The notes under the pieces were generated by a model that was not told the origin of the DNA, ran no database searches, and saw nothing but the letters and a program-made list of their open reading frames with translations. Source: Patescibacteria group bacterium (GTDB taxonomy: Bacteria; Patescibacteriota; Patescibacteriia; Magasanikbacterales; GWA2-37-8). From it: a DNA stretch of 64,000 bases. The position numbers and the translations under genes were made by a program. The DNA is taken from the NCBI GenBank assembly GCA_041661385.1, contig JBAZUP010000002.1:78670-142669 (forward strand), in the 5' to 3' direction. Of this stretch, positions 27,017-37,117 are shown one piece after another (within the stretch, counting starts at the first letter, position 1; each line of letters opens with the position of its first letter).

Positions 27017-27045
27017 AGGATACCATATATAGGATGGGTTGTCAA
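27017..27045 (-). promoter_or_regulatory. second copy of the TTGACA-N17-TATcCT promoter module (minus strand)
   Basis: Minus strand reads gtttacTTGACAacccatcctatatatggTATCCT, nearly identical in architecture to 12342-12370. It points into the 26745-27010 region. Confidence 0.35.
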
Positions 27046-27090
27046 GTAAACAACTGTGGATAGCCTGTTTTTGGCTAAAACAAAAGGAAA

Positions 27091-27115
27091 ACCTCCGCTT
27101 GGGCGGAGGTTTTTG
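27091..27115. terminator. bidirectional terminator downstream of clpP
   Basis: aacctccgc-ttgg-gcggaggtt with A/T runs on both sides. Confidence 0.6.
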
Positions 27116-27131
27116 AAGGAAAGAAGGGTGT

Positions 27132-27743
27132 TTATTTAATTATTACCTTATCAATTAAACCGTATTTTAGTGCTTCAGTTGCAGTTTGGAAATAGTCACG
27201 ATCAGTGTCTTTTTCAATGGTTTTAAGGTCTTTACCGGTGCTTTCCGATAGAATCTTGTTAAGCCGGTCTTTTATTCTGAGAATTCTTTCAGCGCGGATT
27301 TTGATATCACTGGCTTGGCCTTCCATTCCGCCCATTACTTGGTGAATCATTATTTCTGAGTTTGGTAGGGCAAAACGCTTGCCTTTTTCTCCGGCCGCGA
27401 GTAGCACGGCTGCCATACTAGCCGCAAGACCAACGCAGATTGTACTGACTGCCGGTTTAATGAATTTAATGGTATCAAAGATAGCTAGGCCAGCGGTGAC
27501 TGAACCACCTGGAGAATTGATGTAAAGCTTAATATCTTTTTCCTCACTTTGATTTGCAAGGAATAACATTTGCGCGATTACGACATTGGCAACTCCGTCA
27601 TCAATTTCACTTCCGAGGAAAATTATCCGATCTTGGAGAAGACGAGAATAGATATCGTAGGCGCGTTCACCAAAGTTGGTTTTTTCGATTACGGTTGGGA
27701 TTAAGTATTGTGAGGTAGATTTAATATTATTTTGTTTTGACAT
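27132..27743 (-). CDS. clpP: ATP-dependent Clp protease proteolytic subunit
   Basis: [17 protein letters not shown] and the catalytic Ser/His/Asp context typical of ClpP. Confidence 0.9.
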   Translation of the reverse strand: MSKQNNIKSTSQYLIPTVIEKTNFGERAYDIYSRLLQDRIIFLGSEIDDGVANVVIAQMLFLANQSEEKDIKLYINSPGGSVTAGLAIFDTIKFIKPAVSTICVGLAASMAAVLLAAGEKGKRFALPNSEIMIHQVMGGMEGQASDIKIRAERILRIKDRLNKILSESTGKDLKTIEKDTDRDYFQTATEALKYGLIDKVIIK

Positions 27744-27768
27744 AATATTTTATTAAGTCTTTACCTTA

Positions 27769-28290
27769 TCATAAGGTTGAAGAAGTTTCAATAACAGTTG
27801 TCTTTGGCAAAGATTCACGAATTTTGGCTAGGTCTTGTTCGGAATATTTGTTGCCGCTAATTATAAACTTCTTTAAATTTTTAAGATTGCCAATTTCATA
27901 AGGCATGCCGGTAATGTAATTATTCGAAACATCGAGTATTTCAAGGTTGGCGAGCTGGCCTACTTCTGCCGGAATGCCGGTAAGAAGATTGTTGCTCATA
28001 TTTAACACCTTAAGGCTGGTCATTTTACCGACCTGAGACGGAATAGCTCCGGTCAGTTTATTGTTAGAAATATTTAATTCAATAGCCCGACTATTTTCGA
28101 ATATTTCTACGGGAATAGTTTTAAGATTCTGGCCACTCAGATTTATTGTATTTAAATAAGTCTGGATTGCCGGTGGCTTTTGTCCGATATTTGAATTGTC
28201 TGGCACTCTAAATATAGTGGAACGCGGGGCGCACCCAACTCCCAAAATAATTAATGTTGAAGCTGCTGATAAGATCAATTTATTACGCAT
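27769..28290 (-). CDS. leucine-rich-repeat lipoprotein
   Basis: Start chosen at MRNKLILSAASTLIILGVGCAP (lipobox), 4 nt after the upstream gene stop. Tandem LxxLxLxxNxL repeats (LTGAIPSQVGKMTSLKVLNMSNNLLTGIP...). The track ORF extends to 28461. Confidence 0.6.
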   Translation of the reverse strand: MRNKLILSAASTLIILGVGCAPRSTIFRVPDNSNIGQKPPAIQTYLNTINLSGQNLKTIPVEIFENSRAIELNISNNKLTGAIPSQVGKMTSLKVLNMSNNLLTGIPAEVGQLANLEILDVSNNYITGMPYEIGNLKNLKKFIISGNKYSEQDLAKIRESLPKTTVIETSSTL

Positions 28291-28294
28291 AAAA

Positions 28295-29260
28295 TTATTC
28301 TTTAAATTTAATAGTTTCCGGTGCAAATTCCGGGACGAAGGAATTAATAATGTTTTTTTCAATTGTTTCAAGACAAAAACTTTTTCCATTCGGTAAAATA
28401 TGAGTGCGGTCAATGACGCCGTCTTGTTCGGCTTTGGTTCTAAATAAGCGCGGCGGTTCACCCATGGCTTCGAGAGCGAGGCGAAAACTGCCCCAGTGAA
28501 TAGGAATGCAGTGATCGCTTTTCAAATCGGCAAATGCCTGATGTGCTTCAAGCGGGTTCATGTGGTGCGATGTCATCATCATTGGCTTATAAGCACCTAC
28601 CGGCAAAAGCGCGATATCGATTTTGTGTTTATCACCAATGTCTTTAAAATATTCGCCATAAGCAGTATCTCCGCCAAAAAATATCGCGTGATTATTTCGT
28701 TCTAATACATAGCAGTTATAACCTCGATCCGCTTTTTCCCAAGGAAATCTCTTTCCCCAATGTTTTGCTTGATAGGCAAAAACATTTAAGTCCGATTCAA
28801 GATTATTTTTATTCCAGTCGAGTTCGATAATTTTTTGGAAAGACATTTTTTCCACCAGATCGCGGCAAGCGCGGGGGACAATAAGTGTTTTTGTTTTGCT
28901 GGCGAGTCGGCGTAGCGAGCGCTTATCAAAATGATCAAGGTGAGCGTGGGAAATAATAACATAATCTAGCTCTGGCAATTCTTCGACTTTATATCCATGC
29001 ATTACGCGACGTTTGGGTACCGGCAAGCCACGCATGAGAAGCGGATCAGTAAGAATAATGGTGCCAAAAAAATTAATCAGAACGGTGGCATGTCCAACCA
29101 TCCAAACTCGTATTTCGTCTGGATTAATTACAATTGGTTCGCTGGGAAGAAGTTGGATGCGCCGAAAAAAATCTAGAGTGGTTCGGATTAACATAATTAG
29201 GCCAAAAGTCGTGATTAATGCGCCTTTGGTCAATTTATAACGTTTTTTTGTTGTTTCCAT
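28295..29260 (-). CDS. metallo-beta-lactamase-fold hydrolase
   Basis: HAHLDH-type motif (VIISHAHLDHFD) and downstream His/Asp ligands. N-terminal TM. Confidence 0.6.
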   Translation of the reverse strand: METTKKRYKLTKGALITTFGLIMLIRTTLDFFRRIQLLPSEPIVINPDEIRVWMVGHATVLINFFGTIILTDPLLMRGLPVPKRRVMHGYKVEELPELDYVIISHAHLDHFDKRSLRRLASKTKTLIVPRACRDLVEKMSFQKIIELDWNKNNLESDLNVFAYQAKHWGKRFPWEKADRGYNCYVLERNNHAIFFGGDTAYGEYFKDIGDKHKIDIALLPVGAYKPMMMTSHHMNPLEAHQAFADLKSDHCIPIHWGSFRLALEAMGEPPRLFRTKAEQDGVIDRTHILPNGKSFCLETIEKNIINSFVPEFAPETIKFKE

Positions 29261-29431
29261 GTATTACAGGTTATTGATGATACTATTATACAATACGTTT
29301 GGGAGTATGGAAAGGGTGCTAAACTGCTAAAATTATGCCTTATTTAAGCTCAAAATCAAGCTTTTTTTAATTAGCTATTTGAAGTTTTGGGCTGGTAGTA
29401 AAATTGTGCCACTAACGAGAGATTTTTATCG

Positions 29432-30166
29432 TTAGTTGAAAAGCTTCATAAACCAACCGAATAGACTGAAGGTGTTTTCGTGTAGAGAGACGAAGGTGTT
29501 GAGTTTTACTTCTTCGGCTTTCAGATTATCTATTTCGGCGATGGTGGAAGTGCTTGGGGTGGAGGTAGGCAGGCTGGCAAGTAGGCGGTTTAATTTATCG
29601 ATTCTATTTTCGGTTTTTGCTATTTCACTACGAATTTCACCAACATTTTTATAGTCAGTACCGATGAAGAAAGTTTTTATTTTGCTTCGGCTTTCAATTT
29701 CTTCGATTGCGGTAGAGACTTTATCTTTCGATTCATCCAGTTCTTTCGCCACCTCTCGAACTTGTTCACCGATGCCGCCTTTGTTATTGTCCGCTATATT
29801 CAAAAGATTTTGAACAAAAGCGGATACAGAACTACGGTGTTCTTCCGCTCGGCTATTATCTTCATTGTCTTCTCTGTTTTCAGAAGAAGTTTGGTTTTGG
29901 GTGGTGGTTCGATTGTCGTCATTTTCATCGTCATTATTATCTTCAATATCTTCTTTATCTCGTCTCGAATTAGAGCTTGTTGAATCGTCGTTGTCGTCAT
30001 TTCGACGTTCAGTTGAGGTAAGACCGTTAGCGGTGATACTTATCTCCTCATCGCTCGTATCGCGAGTTTCATCATTGTTTTCGCGAGCGTAGATGCCAAT
30101 ACTCGGCAAAGCCAGCAAGGCGACAGTGCTAAATATGGCTAAATTCTTAAGTTTATTTGTTTTCAT
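29432..30166 (-). CDS. secreted acidic (D/E/N-rich) coiled-coil protein
   Basis: Signal peptide (MKTNKLKNLAIFSTVALLALPSIGIYA). Low-complexity acidic central region. Confidence 0.5.
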   Translation of the reverse strand: MKTNKLKNLAIFSTVALLALPSIGIYARENNDETRDTSDEEISITANGLTSTERRNDDNDDSTSSNSRRDKEDIEDNNDDENDDNRTTTQNQTSSENREDNEDNSRAEEHRSSVSAFVQNLLNIADNNKGGIGEQVREVAKELDESKDKVSTAIEEIESRSKIKTFFIGTDYKNVGEIRSEIAKTENRIDKLNRLLASLPTSTPSTSTIAEIDNLKAEEVKLNTFVSLHENTFSLFGWFMKLFN

Positions 30167-30337
30167 ATTTGTTTATTTTGTGAATAAATATTCTCTTGAT
30201 GCGCAAGAGTCATATCTATTTTGTAACATTAAATTAAATAAAAATCAAGGTTATTTAGAAGGGTGTGAACCGGAAAAAAATTGTAAAAAAACAGGAATCG
30301 TGCCCTGTTTTTTAATAATTTTGACAATTTGTTATTT

Positions 30338-30514
30338 TTATAGAGCGTCGGTTTTGGGCCGGCTGCGCTTTTCCATTTTCTTGGAAAAAGATTTTTTGCC
30401 GATTACTTTTTTTAACCCAAAATGCTCCGCGGGTTTAACCGGAACGGAATCGACTTCAAATTTTTCCGGCTCCTTTTTTTTAATTTCGTCTAATTGTTTT
30501 TTATACCATTTCAT
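30338..30514 (-). CDS. small basic protein (58 aa), hypothetical
   Basis: Hand-translated minus-strand ORF MKWYKKQLDEIKKKEPEKFEVDSVPVKPAEHFGLKKVIGKKSFSKKMEKRSRPKTDAL. Below the ORF-track length cut-off. Confidence 0.3.
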   Translation of the reverse strand: MKWYKKQLDEIKKKEPEKFEVDSVPVKPAEHFGLKKVIGKKSFSKKMEKRSRPKTDAL

Positions 30515-30663
30515 AAAGTATCTTTATCTATAATATGTAGTATAGAGGATATTTAAAAAAATGCAAATTTAGACAATCGTTTTTTGATGTGTTAGACTGC
30601 AAACAACTGATCGGGGATAAGAAGATATTTCAAACCTAACACCCAATCAGCGAAAGGAAGCAC

Positions 30664-30858
30664 GTGAACGACGGCGACCCGAAGTCAGCAGCACTCGGTG
30701 ACCTCCGAAGAGCGGTATTCAGCGGGTCTCCGCACGATATCGAGATGCAGACGGATCGGTGCCGTGAATACGGTGCTACTCGTGAAGAAGTGGACAGCAT
30801 CGTGAACAACAGTCATCCCGCCCGGTATCGGCGGTTCACCACCATGCGTGGTTCGTAG
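30664..30858 (+). CDS. GC-rich islet: small hypothetical protein (GTG start)
   Basis: SD gaaaggaag 4 nt upstream of the GTG. GC-rich block. 9-bp perfect hairpin atcccccgg...ccgggggat right after the stop (30869-30901). Confidence 0.35.
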   Translation: MNDGDPKSAALGDLRRAVFSGSPHDIEMQTDRCREYGATREEVDSIVNNSHPARYRRFTTMRGS

Positions 30859-31027
30859 GAGAAGAAATATCCCCCGGCGTGCAATTGCGCGTCCGGGGGA
30901 TCATTATTTATTCCTTCTTTGTATTATCAGGCTATTGACACTTTAAAAAAATTACAAACAAAATCGGTCGAATTCTTCATTGTTGAAGCAGTTTTATCGG
31001 AGTACAATTAAATAGTAGCTTAATTAA

Positions 31028-31780
31028 ATGAAATCAATTTCTTTATTCAGTATTAAGGCAAAAATTGAACCGTTTTATTCCACGGTTTTGGGTTTGCTAT
31101 TGATTGTAACGACCGTAGTTTTAATAGTTCTTATTGGAAATACTTTGGACCATGTTGGTTTTATAGTTGCTTTCGATAAATTTATCTATGAACAAATTAA
31201 TCTCGGTGCCCATCCGGGGTGGTTGAATAAATTGGTTGCGCCGTTTAATTTTAATTTTATTCCTCAGCTTGGAACATTGATTCCAAATTTTTTATACTTT
31301 GTTTTTGCCTTAGGTTTTTTGGATATTTTATTGTTTAATAGAAAAGATTTTGGCTATGCGCTGCTCGCAATAGTATTTGCGTTTTTGGTAGATTATTATT
31401 TATTTAAAATCACGAACAGCTACGTGTTTCGCGACCGGCCGTTCATACATTTATTAAATACTGTTCCGGACGGTTCAAAGGCAATTTGGACTCATTGGCC
31501 GACTTATCCTTCCGGTCACGTGCGAGACATGGCGCTTTATTCAATAGTGTTAAGCGGTTTTGGAAAATATTTAAAGTGGCCGTTTGTAATAGTTACTTTG
31601 TGGGTCGGTTACACTCGAATATATTTGGGCGCGCATTATCCAACGGATGTTTTGGCTGGTTTATTGCTAGGCTATTTTATCGGTTACGGTATTTTGATAA
31701 TTATAAAATCTTGGCAAAAGCTTATCCGTGATAGAAAAATTAGGCGCAATATAAAATATTTTGGAGCGGAAGATAATTAA
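31028..31780 (+). CDS. PAP2-family membrane phosphatase
   Basis: PSGH and SRIYLGAHYPTDV-type PAP2 signature (YPSGHVRD...YTRIYLGAHYPTDV). Confidence 0.7.
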   Translation: MKSISLFSIKAKIEPFYSTVLGLLLIVTTVVLIVLIGNTLDHVGFIVAFDKFIYEQINLGAHPGWLNKLVAPFNFNFIPQLGTLIPNFLYFVFALGFLDILLFNRKDFGYALLAIVFAFLVDYYLFKITNSYVFRDRPFIHLLNTVPDGSKAIWTHWPTYPSGHVRDMALYSIVLSGFGKYLKWPFVIVTLWVGYTRIYLGAHYPTDVLAGLLLGYFIGYGILIIIKSWQKLIRDRKIRRNIKYFGAEDN

Positions 31781-31789
31781 TACATTAAA

Positions 31790-32779
31790 ATGAGAAAATA
31801 TCTAAAATATTTTTTTGCCTTTGTCGCTTTGGTTTTAGCGGTGGTATTTTTGTATTTCGTGTTACGAACATTTTCTTGGCAGGAAGCTTATGGTTCAATA
31901 AAAATATTGAACTTTGGCACTATCGCGATTTTTGTCGGATGTGTTTTAGCGGTTGGCGTCATAAAGGCGTATCGTTTTTATATTATTTTAAAATCGGTTG
32001 GTTTAAAAACTAGTTTATGGAAAACCATAATAGTTTTTATTTCTAGTCAGGCTTTTACTCCGCTACCGGGCGGAGAGGTAGTTCGGATTATTCTTTTTAA
32101 AAATAAATTACATTTAGAAACAACCCGGGTAATTGCGCCGGTTTATCTGCAGGCTTTTTTTGAATTGTGGACTGCCACGGTGTTGGCACTTCTTACGATT
32201 TTATTTATTAAAACAAGTTTTGGAATTTGGTTTGGGATTGGGCTTTCCTTAATGTTGATAGTAATATCGGTATTTATTTTAATTCCCGGTAAGTTGCAGA
32301 ATTTGCTTTTGTTTTTAAAAAGTAAGGGTTTGAAGTATTTTTGGGTAAATAAGCTTGTCGAAATTTTAAAGGTTAACGAAGAATTTATATCAAAGACGAG
32401 TGGTAGCGTGCGCTGGCGATTGTGGAGCATCGTAATTGGGCTTGGCCTCGCAAGTCATATAACGGGCGGGTTCCTTGTTTGGTATATTGCAAAAGTGCAG
32501 GGTGTTAATATAACAATCGTGCAGAGTATTTTCACCGCTGTCGCGGCGGTACTCATACAAATTATTCTGTCGTTTATTCCCGGCGGGCTTGGTGTTACTG
32601 AGGGCGGACTAATTGGCATCTTAACGACTTTTGGTATTCCTTGGAATAAATCCGTAATTATTACTTTGCTTTATCGGATTTTAACCTTACCAGTTTTAAT
32701 TATAATTTCACTTCTGTTTTTATTATTTCTGTATATTCCAAATCTTTATAGAAAAAAACCGGTTCTAATCCAAAGTTAA
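31790..32779 (+). CDS. flippase-like / lysylphosphatidylglycerol-synthase-TM-region (UPF0104) membrane protein
   Basis: Polytopic membrane protein. N-terminal region resembles UPF0104 (ISSQAFTPLPGGEVVRIILF). Confidence 0.55.
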   Translation: MRKYLKYFFAFVALVLAVVFLYFVLRTFSWQEAYGSIKILNFGTIAIFVGCVLAVGVIKAYRFYIILKSVGLKTSLWKTIIVFISSQAFTPLPGGEVVRIILFKNKLHLETTRVIAPVYLQAFFELWTATVLALLTILFIKTSFGIWFGIGLSLMLIVISVFILIPGKLQNLLLFLKSKGLKYFWVNKLVEILKVNEEFISKTSGSVRWRLWSIVIGLGLASHITGGFLVWYIAKVQGVNITIVQSIFTAVAAVLIQIILSFIPGGLGVTEGGLIGILTTFGIPWNKSVIITLLYRILTLPVLIIISLLFLLFLYIPNLYRKKPVLIQS

Positions 32780-32787
32780 TTTGTAAT

Positions 32788-33519
32788 ATGTTTAGACTTT
32801 CCAAGCGTTATCATATTAATCCATTATTACTAGCGATATTTTTTATCTGTCTATTATTTTTTGCTTCGGTTGTTTTTGGATATTTGGTTGAGAAGGTAAA
32901 ATTATTTGAATACTTTGATCGAAGTATTTATGAATTTTTTCAGTTCACTTGGCATCCGGCTTGGGTTAGTTCGATTATTGTTCCTTTTAATTTTAATTTT
33001 ATTCCAATCGGCGGAGCGCAGTTTTTAAGTTTTTTGGTGGTAATAATTATTATCTCGCTTGGGTATATTGCCTATTTTAGGCGAAAGGATTTTTCATGGG
33101 CCGTTTTCGCTTGCGCCTTGGCAGGTCTTTTTGATGCGCTTCTCGTTTTAACGATTCCATTTGTAATTTTTAGACAGCGTCCATTTTTATCTTTGCCAAA
33201 TTCAGTTAGTCAGGTTGCTTCAAGTATTTGGCAGGTCTTTCCTTCATATCCTTCTGGGCACACTCGTGACACCGCGCTTTTTTTAACGGTCTTAGCGGCT
33301 TTTTTGCCAAAAAAAATACGGGTGCCGTTCATTATATTTGTATTTTTTATCGCCTTTAGCCGGGTGTTTGTTGGCGCGCATTATCCAACCGATGTCATTG
33401 CGGCAATTTTTATCGGGTTTTTAATGGGGGAGATAGTGTTAAGTATCGTTGAAGAAGTAAAATTGATAATTGAAAATAAAAGAAAACTACGATCGAAAAC
33501 GCCGAGTTCGTCATCTTAA
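32788..33519 (+). CDS. PAP2-family membrane phosphatase (paralog of 31028..31780)
   Basis: YPSGHTRD...FSRVFVGAHYPTDV. Overall architecture parallels the first PAP2 gene. Confidence 0.7.
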   Translation: MFRLSKRYHINPLLLAIFFICLLFFASVVFGYLVEKVKLFEYFDRSIYEFFQFTWHPAWVSSIIVPFNFNFIPIGGAQFLSFLVVIIIISLGYIAYFRRKDFSWAVFACALAGLFDALLVLTIPFVIFRQRPFLSLPNSVSQVASSIWQVFPSYPSGHTRDTALFLTVLAAFLPKKIRVPFIIFVFFIAFSRVFVGAHYPTDVIAAIFIGFLMGEIVLSIVEEVKLIIENKRKLRSKTPSSSS

Positions 33520-33544
33520 ATTTGGAAGTAAACTTTTTTAAAAT

Positions 33545-34549
33545 ATGGCAAAAATAAAATTAATATACAATCCGCATGCCGGATCAAAAAAACATATTTT
33601 TGCCAGAACAAATTTTCTGTTGCTGCAGGATATTTATGCTTTGTTGTACAAATATGAAATAGATTTTGATACTTCGCCGATTTTAAAAGAGGGAGATGCT
33701 AGGCGACTTGCAAGAGAAGCGGCGAGTGATGGTTATGAATATGTAATAGTCGCGGGCGGTGATGGAACAGTGGGTGAGGCGGCGACTGGCCTCGTTGGGA
33801 GTAATACCGCGCTTGCCATTCTTCCGCTTGGAACATATATGAATGTTGCAAAGATGTTGTCCATTCCTTTAAATTTGGAAAGTGCAGTAATGGTTATAAA
33901 AATGGGAAATATCCGATCGATTGATGTGGGGGAGGTAATATCGTTAAAAGAAGAGCAGGTTGACGGTAAAGCGGCACGTGAGGCCAATTATTTTTTGGAA
34001 AGTGTCGGCATCGGAATTGAAGCCGATTTTCAAAATTTTTTATTAACTTATAAAAAAAATCGGTGGCATTCAATTGTCGAATTGGTCAAAGGCATGAAAT
34101 CGTTTTATAACGCTCCGCTCAGTATTGAATTAGATAACGATCGAATTATTGAATCAAAAGCTCAGTTGATTATGATATCAAACGGACCTTTTATGGGGGC
34201 GAATCTTTCGGTTGCGCCAACTTCAAAATTAAATGATCACGTATTGAAGGTGACAATATACAAAATGACAAATAAAAAATTACTTTGGCATATTTTTAAA
34301 CTTAAAATGACTAAACAGGGTTCGTATTTACGCTCTCATAACTTAAACCCAGCCATTCAAACTTATACATCAACTTTTGTAAATATTAAGTCTAAAAAAA
34401 CAAGACCAGTTGACGCGGATGCGAGGATTTATGGCGAAACTCCGATTTCGGTAAAGGTAAGACCGGGCGCGCTGAAAGTAATTGTTGGTTTCGCGGGTTC
34501 AAAAAAAGATTCAGCTCTTCTTGAAAAGAATGTCTATATAAAAGCCTGA
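33545..34549 (+). CDS. diacylglycerol-kinase-family lipid kinase (DAGK_cat)
   Basis: VIVAGGDGTVGE motif and the rest of the YegS/DagK-like catalytic domain. Confidence 0.7.
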   Translation: MAKIKLIYNPHAGSKKHIFARTNFLLLQDIYALLYKYEIDFDTSPILKEGDARRLAREAASDGYEYVIVAGGDGTVGEAATGLVGSNTALAILPLGTYMNVAKMLSIPLNLESAVMVIKMGNIRSIDVGEVISLKEEQVDGKAAREANYFLESVGIGIEADFQNFLLTYKKNRWHSIVELVKGMKSFYNAPLSIELDNDRIIESKAQLIMISNGPFMGANLSVAPTSKLNDHVLKVTIYKMTNKKLLWHIFKLKMTKQGSYLRSHNLNPAIQTYTSTFVNIKSKKTRPVDADARIYGETPISVKVRPGALKVIVGFAGSKKDSALLEKNVYIKA

Positions 34550-34597
34550 TAGTTGCATCAGGCTTTTTGGAAGAAATCTAAATTTATAAACAAATTT

Positions 34598-35287
34598 TTA
34601 TTCTTCGACGATGGTAACGCTTTTAACTTGAGTCGGAGTAACGGGTGAAGACATTTCACCGGAGGGGCTGGGTTTTACCGGGCTGTTTGCGATTGTGTCG
34701 ACTATATCCATTCCTTTGGTCACGTGGCCGAAAATTGTATAGTTTTTTGGTAATGGCACGTCGGCGTGCATAATAAAGAATTGGCTGCCGTTGGTGTTTG
34801 GTCCGGCGTTTGCCATGGCAACTGTGCCGCGATCATATTCACCGGTAAACGGCTCGTCATTAAATTTATAACCCGGACCGCCGGTGCCGTTACCTTTCGG
34901 ATCACCGCCTTGAATCATAAAATCTTTTATTATCCGGTGGAAGATGGTGTTGTCGTAAAAGTTTTTACGTGACAAGTCAACAAAATTTTTGACCGTGTTT
35001 GGCGTTTGTCCAAAATTCAAAGCGATTTCAATATCGCCGGCTGAGGTATGTAAGGTGGCGCGATAATGTTTGGTGGAGTTAAATTCCATAGGTTTATTAG
35101 AGGTTGGATTAGAAAGTTTATTAGAGGTAGTTTGAAAGGAAACAGTGTTATTTTTTGGAGCTGGTGTCTGCGCTTGCGTGGTAATTTCGTTTGCTTCTCT
35201 AGCGACTGGCGGCGAGTAACCACAACCAGAGGCAAAAATTAGCACAGAGAGCAAAGCAAGATTTAAATATTTGTTTTTGTTAATCAT
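34598..35287 (-). CDS. cyclophilin-type peptidyl-prolyl cis-trans isomerase, lipoprotein
   Basis: [14 protein letters not shown]...[19 protein letters not shown]. Lipobox FASGCG. Confidence 0.85.
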   Translation of the reverse strand: MINKNKYLNLALLSVLIFASGCGYSPPVAREANEITTQAQTPAPKNNTVSFQTTSNKLSNPTSNKPMEFNSTKHYRATLHTSAGDIEIALNFGQTPNTVKNFVDLSRKNFYDNTIFHRIIKDFMIQGGDPKGNGTGGPGYKFNDEPFTGEYDRGTVAMANAGPNTNGSQFFIMHADVPLPKNYTIFGHVTKGMDIVDTIANSPVKPSPSGEMSSPVTPTQVKSVTIVEE

Positions 35288-35365
35288 ATTTTTTTATAAA
35301 CTTAGTTTGTTAAGTTTAGCATAGTTAATAACTTCGTAAAACCCCCTGAGCAGTTAAAATGGCTA

Positions 35366-36250
35366 TTATTTTTCCGGTGTAAAAATTTCTCCGGGGAATT
35401 TGGAAGATATTTCTACCGAATAGTCTGCAAACATTATTAGGTATTCAAATTCGTAGTCGGATTTAAATTTGCTGCTAGGAAGAAAAAATAAACAAGTGGC
35501 AAGCGCGTCGGCAATGGCCGTGTCTTTGGCTACTACCCAGATTGCCAAAATATCTTGCGGTGAAGTTAGCTTTCGCGGATCAATAATGTGGTTGAAATTT
35601 GCCCAAGCGCGACGATTACCCGCAGAACCACAAATACTATTATTCAACAATTCGGCAACGCCGATAACCTGACCTGAATTTTGCGGGTGTTCTAGCCCGA
35701 CGCGAAGTTTTTTTCCTTGATTATTTTTATAAAAAATATCTCCGCCGGCGTTAATACAAAAAGATTCAAAACCATGCTTTTCAAAAATTTTGGAAATTAT
35801 AGTTACCAAGTAGCCCTTGCCGGCGGCGCCAAAATCTAACAGGGCCGGTTTTTTTATTATTATTGTCGGCAACGTGAGTTCTATTACTTCATCCCAGCTC
35901 GGAGGGGTGGAAAGCTTTTGGGTTGTAAATGAGTAGGCCGCATCATAACCGGCATCAGCCAGCACTTGGCCGATGAGCGGTGTAAAAGCGCCTTGGGTAA
36001 GAATATAAAGGTGGTGATAAAGATTTAAGAGCGGGCCGGCGTCTTCGGGCAAGGTGTATGTGCCGGCTTTTTTAGACATCTCTGTCACTAGGGATTCGGA
36101 ACGAAAGCGTGAATAATTATTTTCAAATTTTTCAATTCGTTCACGAATTTCAATAAGCAAATCCGCCTCATTTAAAAGAGGCGGATTGTGTTCAATATCA
36201 ATTTGCCAGTGCGTTCCAATCGCTTCAAATTTTAAAGTCGCATTTGGCAT
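35366..36250 (-). CDS. apbE: FAD:protein FMN transferase (ApbE family)
   Basis: FEAIGTHWQIDI N-terminus and DFGAAGKGYLV motif resemble ApbE. Assignment is from memory. Confidence 0.55.
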   Translation of the reverse strand: MPNATLKFEAIGTHWQIDIEHNPPLLNEADLLIEIRERIEKFENNYSRFRSESLVTEMSKKAGTYTLPEDAGPLLNLYHHLYILTQGAFTPLIGQVLADAGYDAAYSFTTQKLSTPPSWDEVIELTLPTIIIKKPALLDFGAAGKGYLVTIISKIFEKHGFESFCINAGGDIFYKNNQGKKLRVGLEHPQNSGQVIGVAELLNNSICGSAGNRRAWANFNHIIDPRKLTSPQDILAIWVVAKDTAIADALATCLFFLPSSKFKSDYEFEYLIMFADYSVEISSKFPGEIFTPEK

Positions 36251-36281
36251 ATCGTAATCTTTTGAGAGTCTTGGCCGATAT

Positions 36282-36752
36282 TTATTTAGCTTGCAATTTT
36301 ATTTTTGCAATCGCATCATTAAAGGCATTTGTGGTTAAAGAAGATCCGGAAATTACCGAAAGATTAAGGTTGTTAATATTTTGTCCGATTACCTGTGTTT
36401 TGTAATTGGAGGCAAACATATTTTGCCAGACCTGTGAAACTTTATTTGTGGCTTTGGGTTGAATAGAAGTATCGGTGATGATGTTATTTTTTAACGTAAC
36501 ACTCACGCCAACGTCTTCTGTAAGGGCCTTCTCATCAGGTATATTGTAAGTCGTTGTTATATTATAGGTGCCGTCTTTATAAGTTCCTGGTGAATTGACC
36601 TCGCTCAATTGGGTATTAGTTTGAGTAGGGGTGGTGTTTGCGCCGATGTCAGTGGTGGTTGAATTACAACCTGCGCCAGTTACAACTAGTGCCATTGCAA
36701 CTATTGTAAAAAGGACCGCTAAATTAGGTAAGTTATGATTTTGTTTTCTCAT
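36282..36752 (-). CDS. hypothetical lipoprotein
   Basis: Signal plus lipobox (LVVTGAGCNS). T/N-rich. Confidence 0.45.
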   Translation of the reverse strand: MRKQNHNLPNLAVLFTIVAMALVVTGAGCNSTTTDIGANTTPTQTNTQLSEVNSPGTYKDGTYNITTTYNIPDEKALTEDVGVSVTLKNNIITDTSIQPKATNKVSQVWQNMFASNYKTQVIGQNINNLNLSVISGSSLTTNAFNDAIAKIKLQAK

Positions 36753-37117
36753 ATGAATGAATAAATATTAGATAATTTAGTTATTTTTATAATAATACTG
36801 TTAAAAAGTATTAGTAAATTATTATAGCAAAAATTATTATCGCTGTCATTTTCGCTGATATCCTTACTATACGTATTTGGCACCCAAAAGGTTTCAAGGC
36901 AAAAAAGCCGTTATTCCTGTTTGAGCTATTCACAATCAATTTACCTTGACAACCCTAAGGATTGTGGATATAATTAGGCACATGAAATTGAACTGCGCAA
37001 ACAATTTGAATAATAACAATAATAATACCTAGCGCAGGTATAGTTTTTCATGAAGCTATACCCGCTACTAAGCGGGTTTTTAAATAGCACAAGACTTATA
37101 GTTGGTAAGCAGTATAT

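Noticed and set aside
30093-30533. 146-aa plus-strand ORF in the 30.1-30.5 kb intergenic region
   Set aside because: AT-rich, low-complexity, no SD. The minus strand carries a more convincing 58-aa basic ORF.
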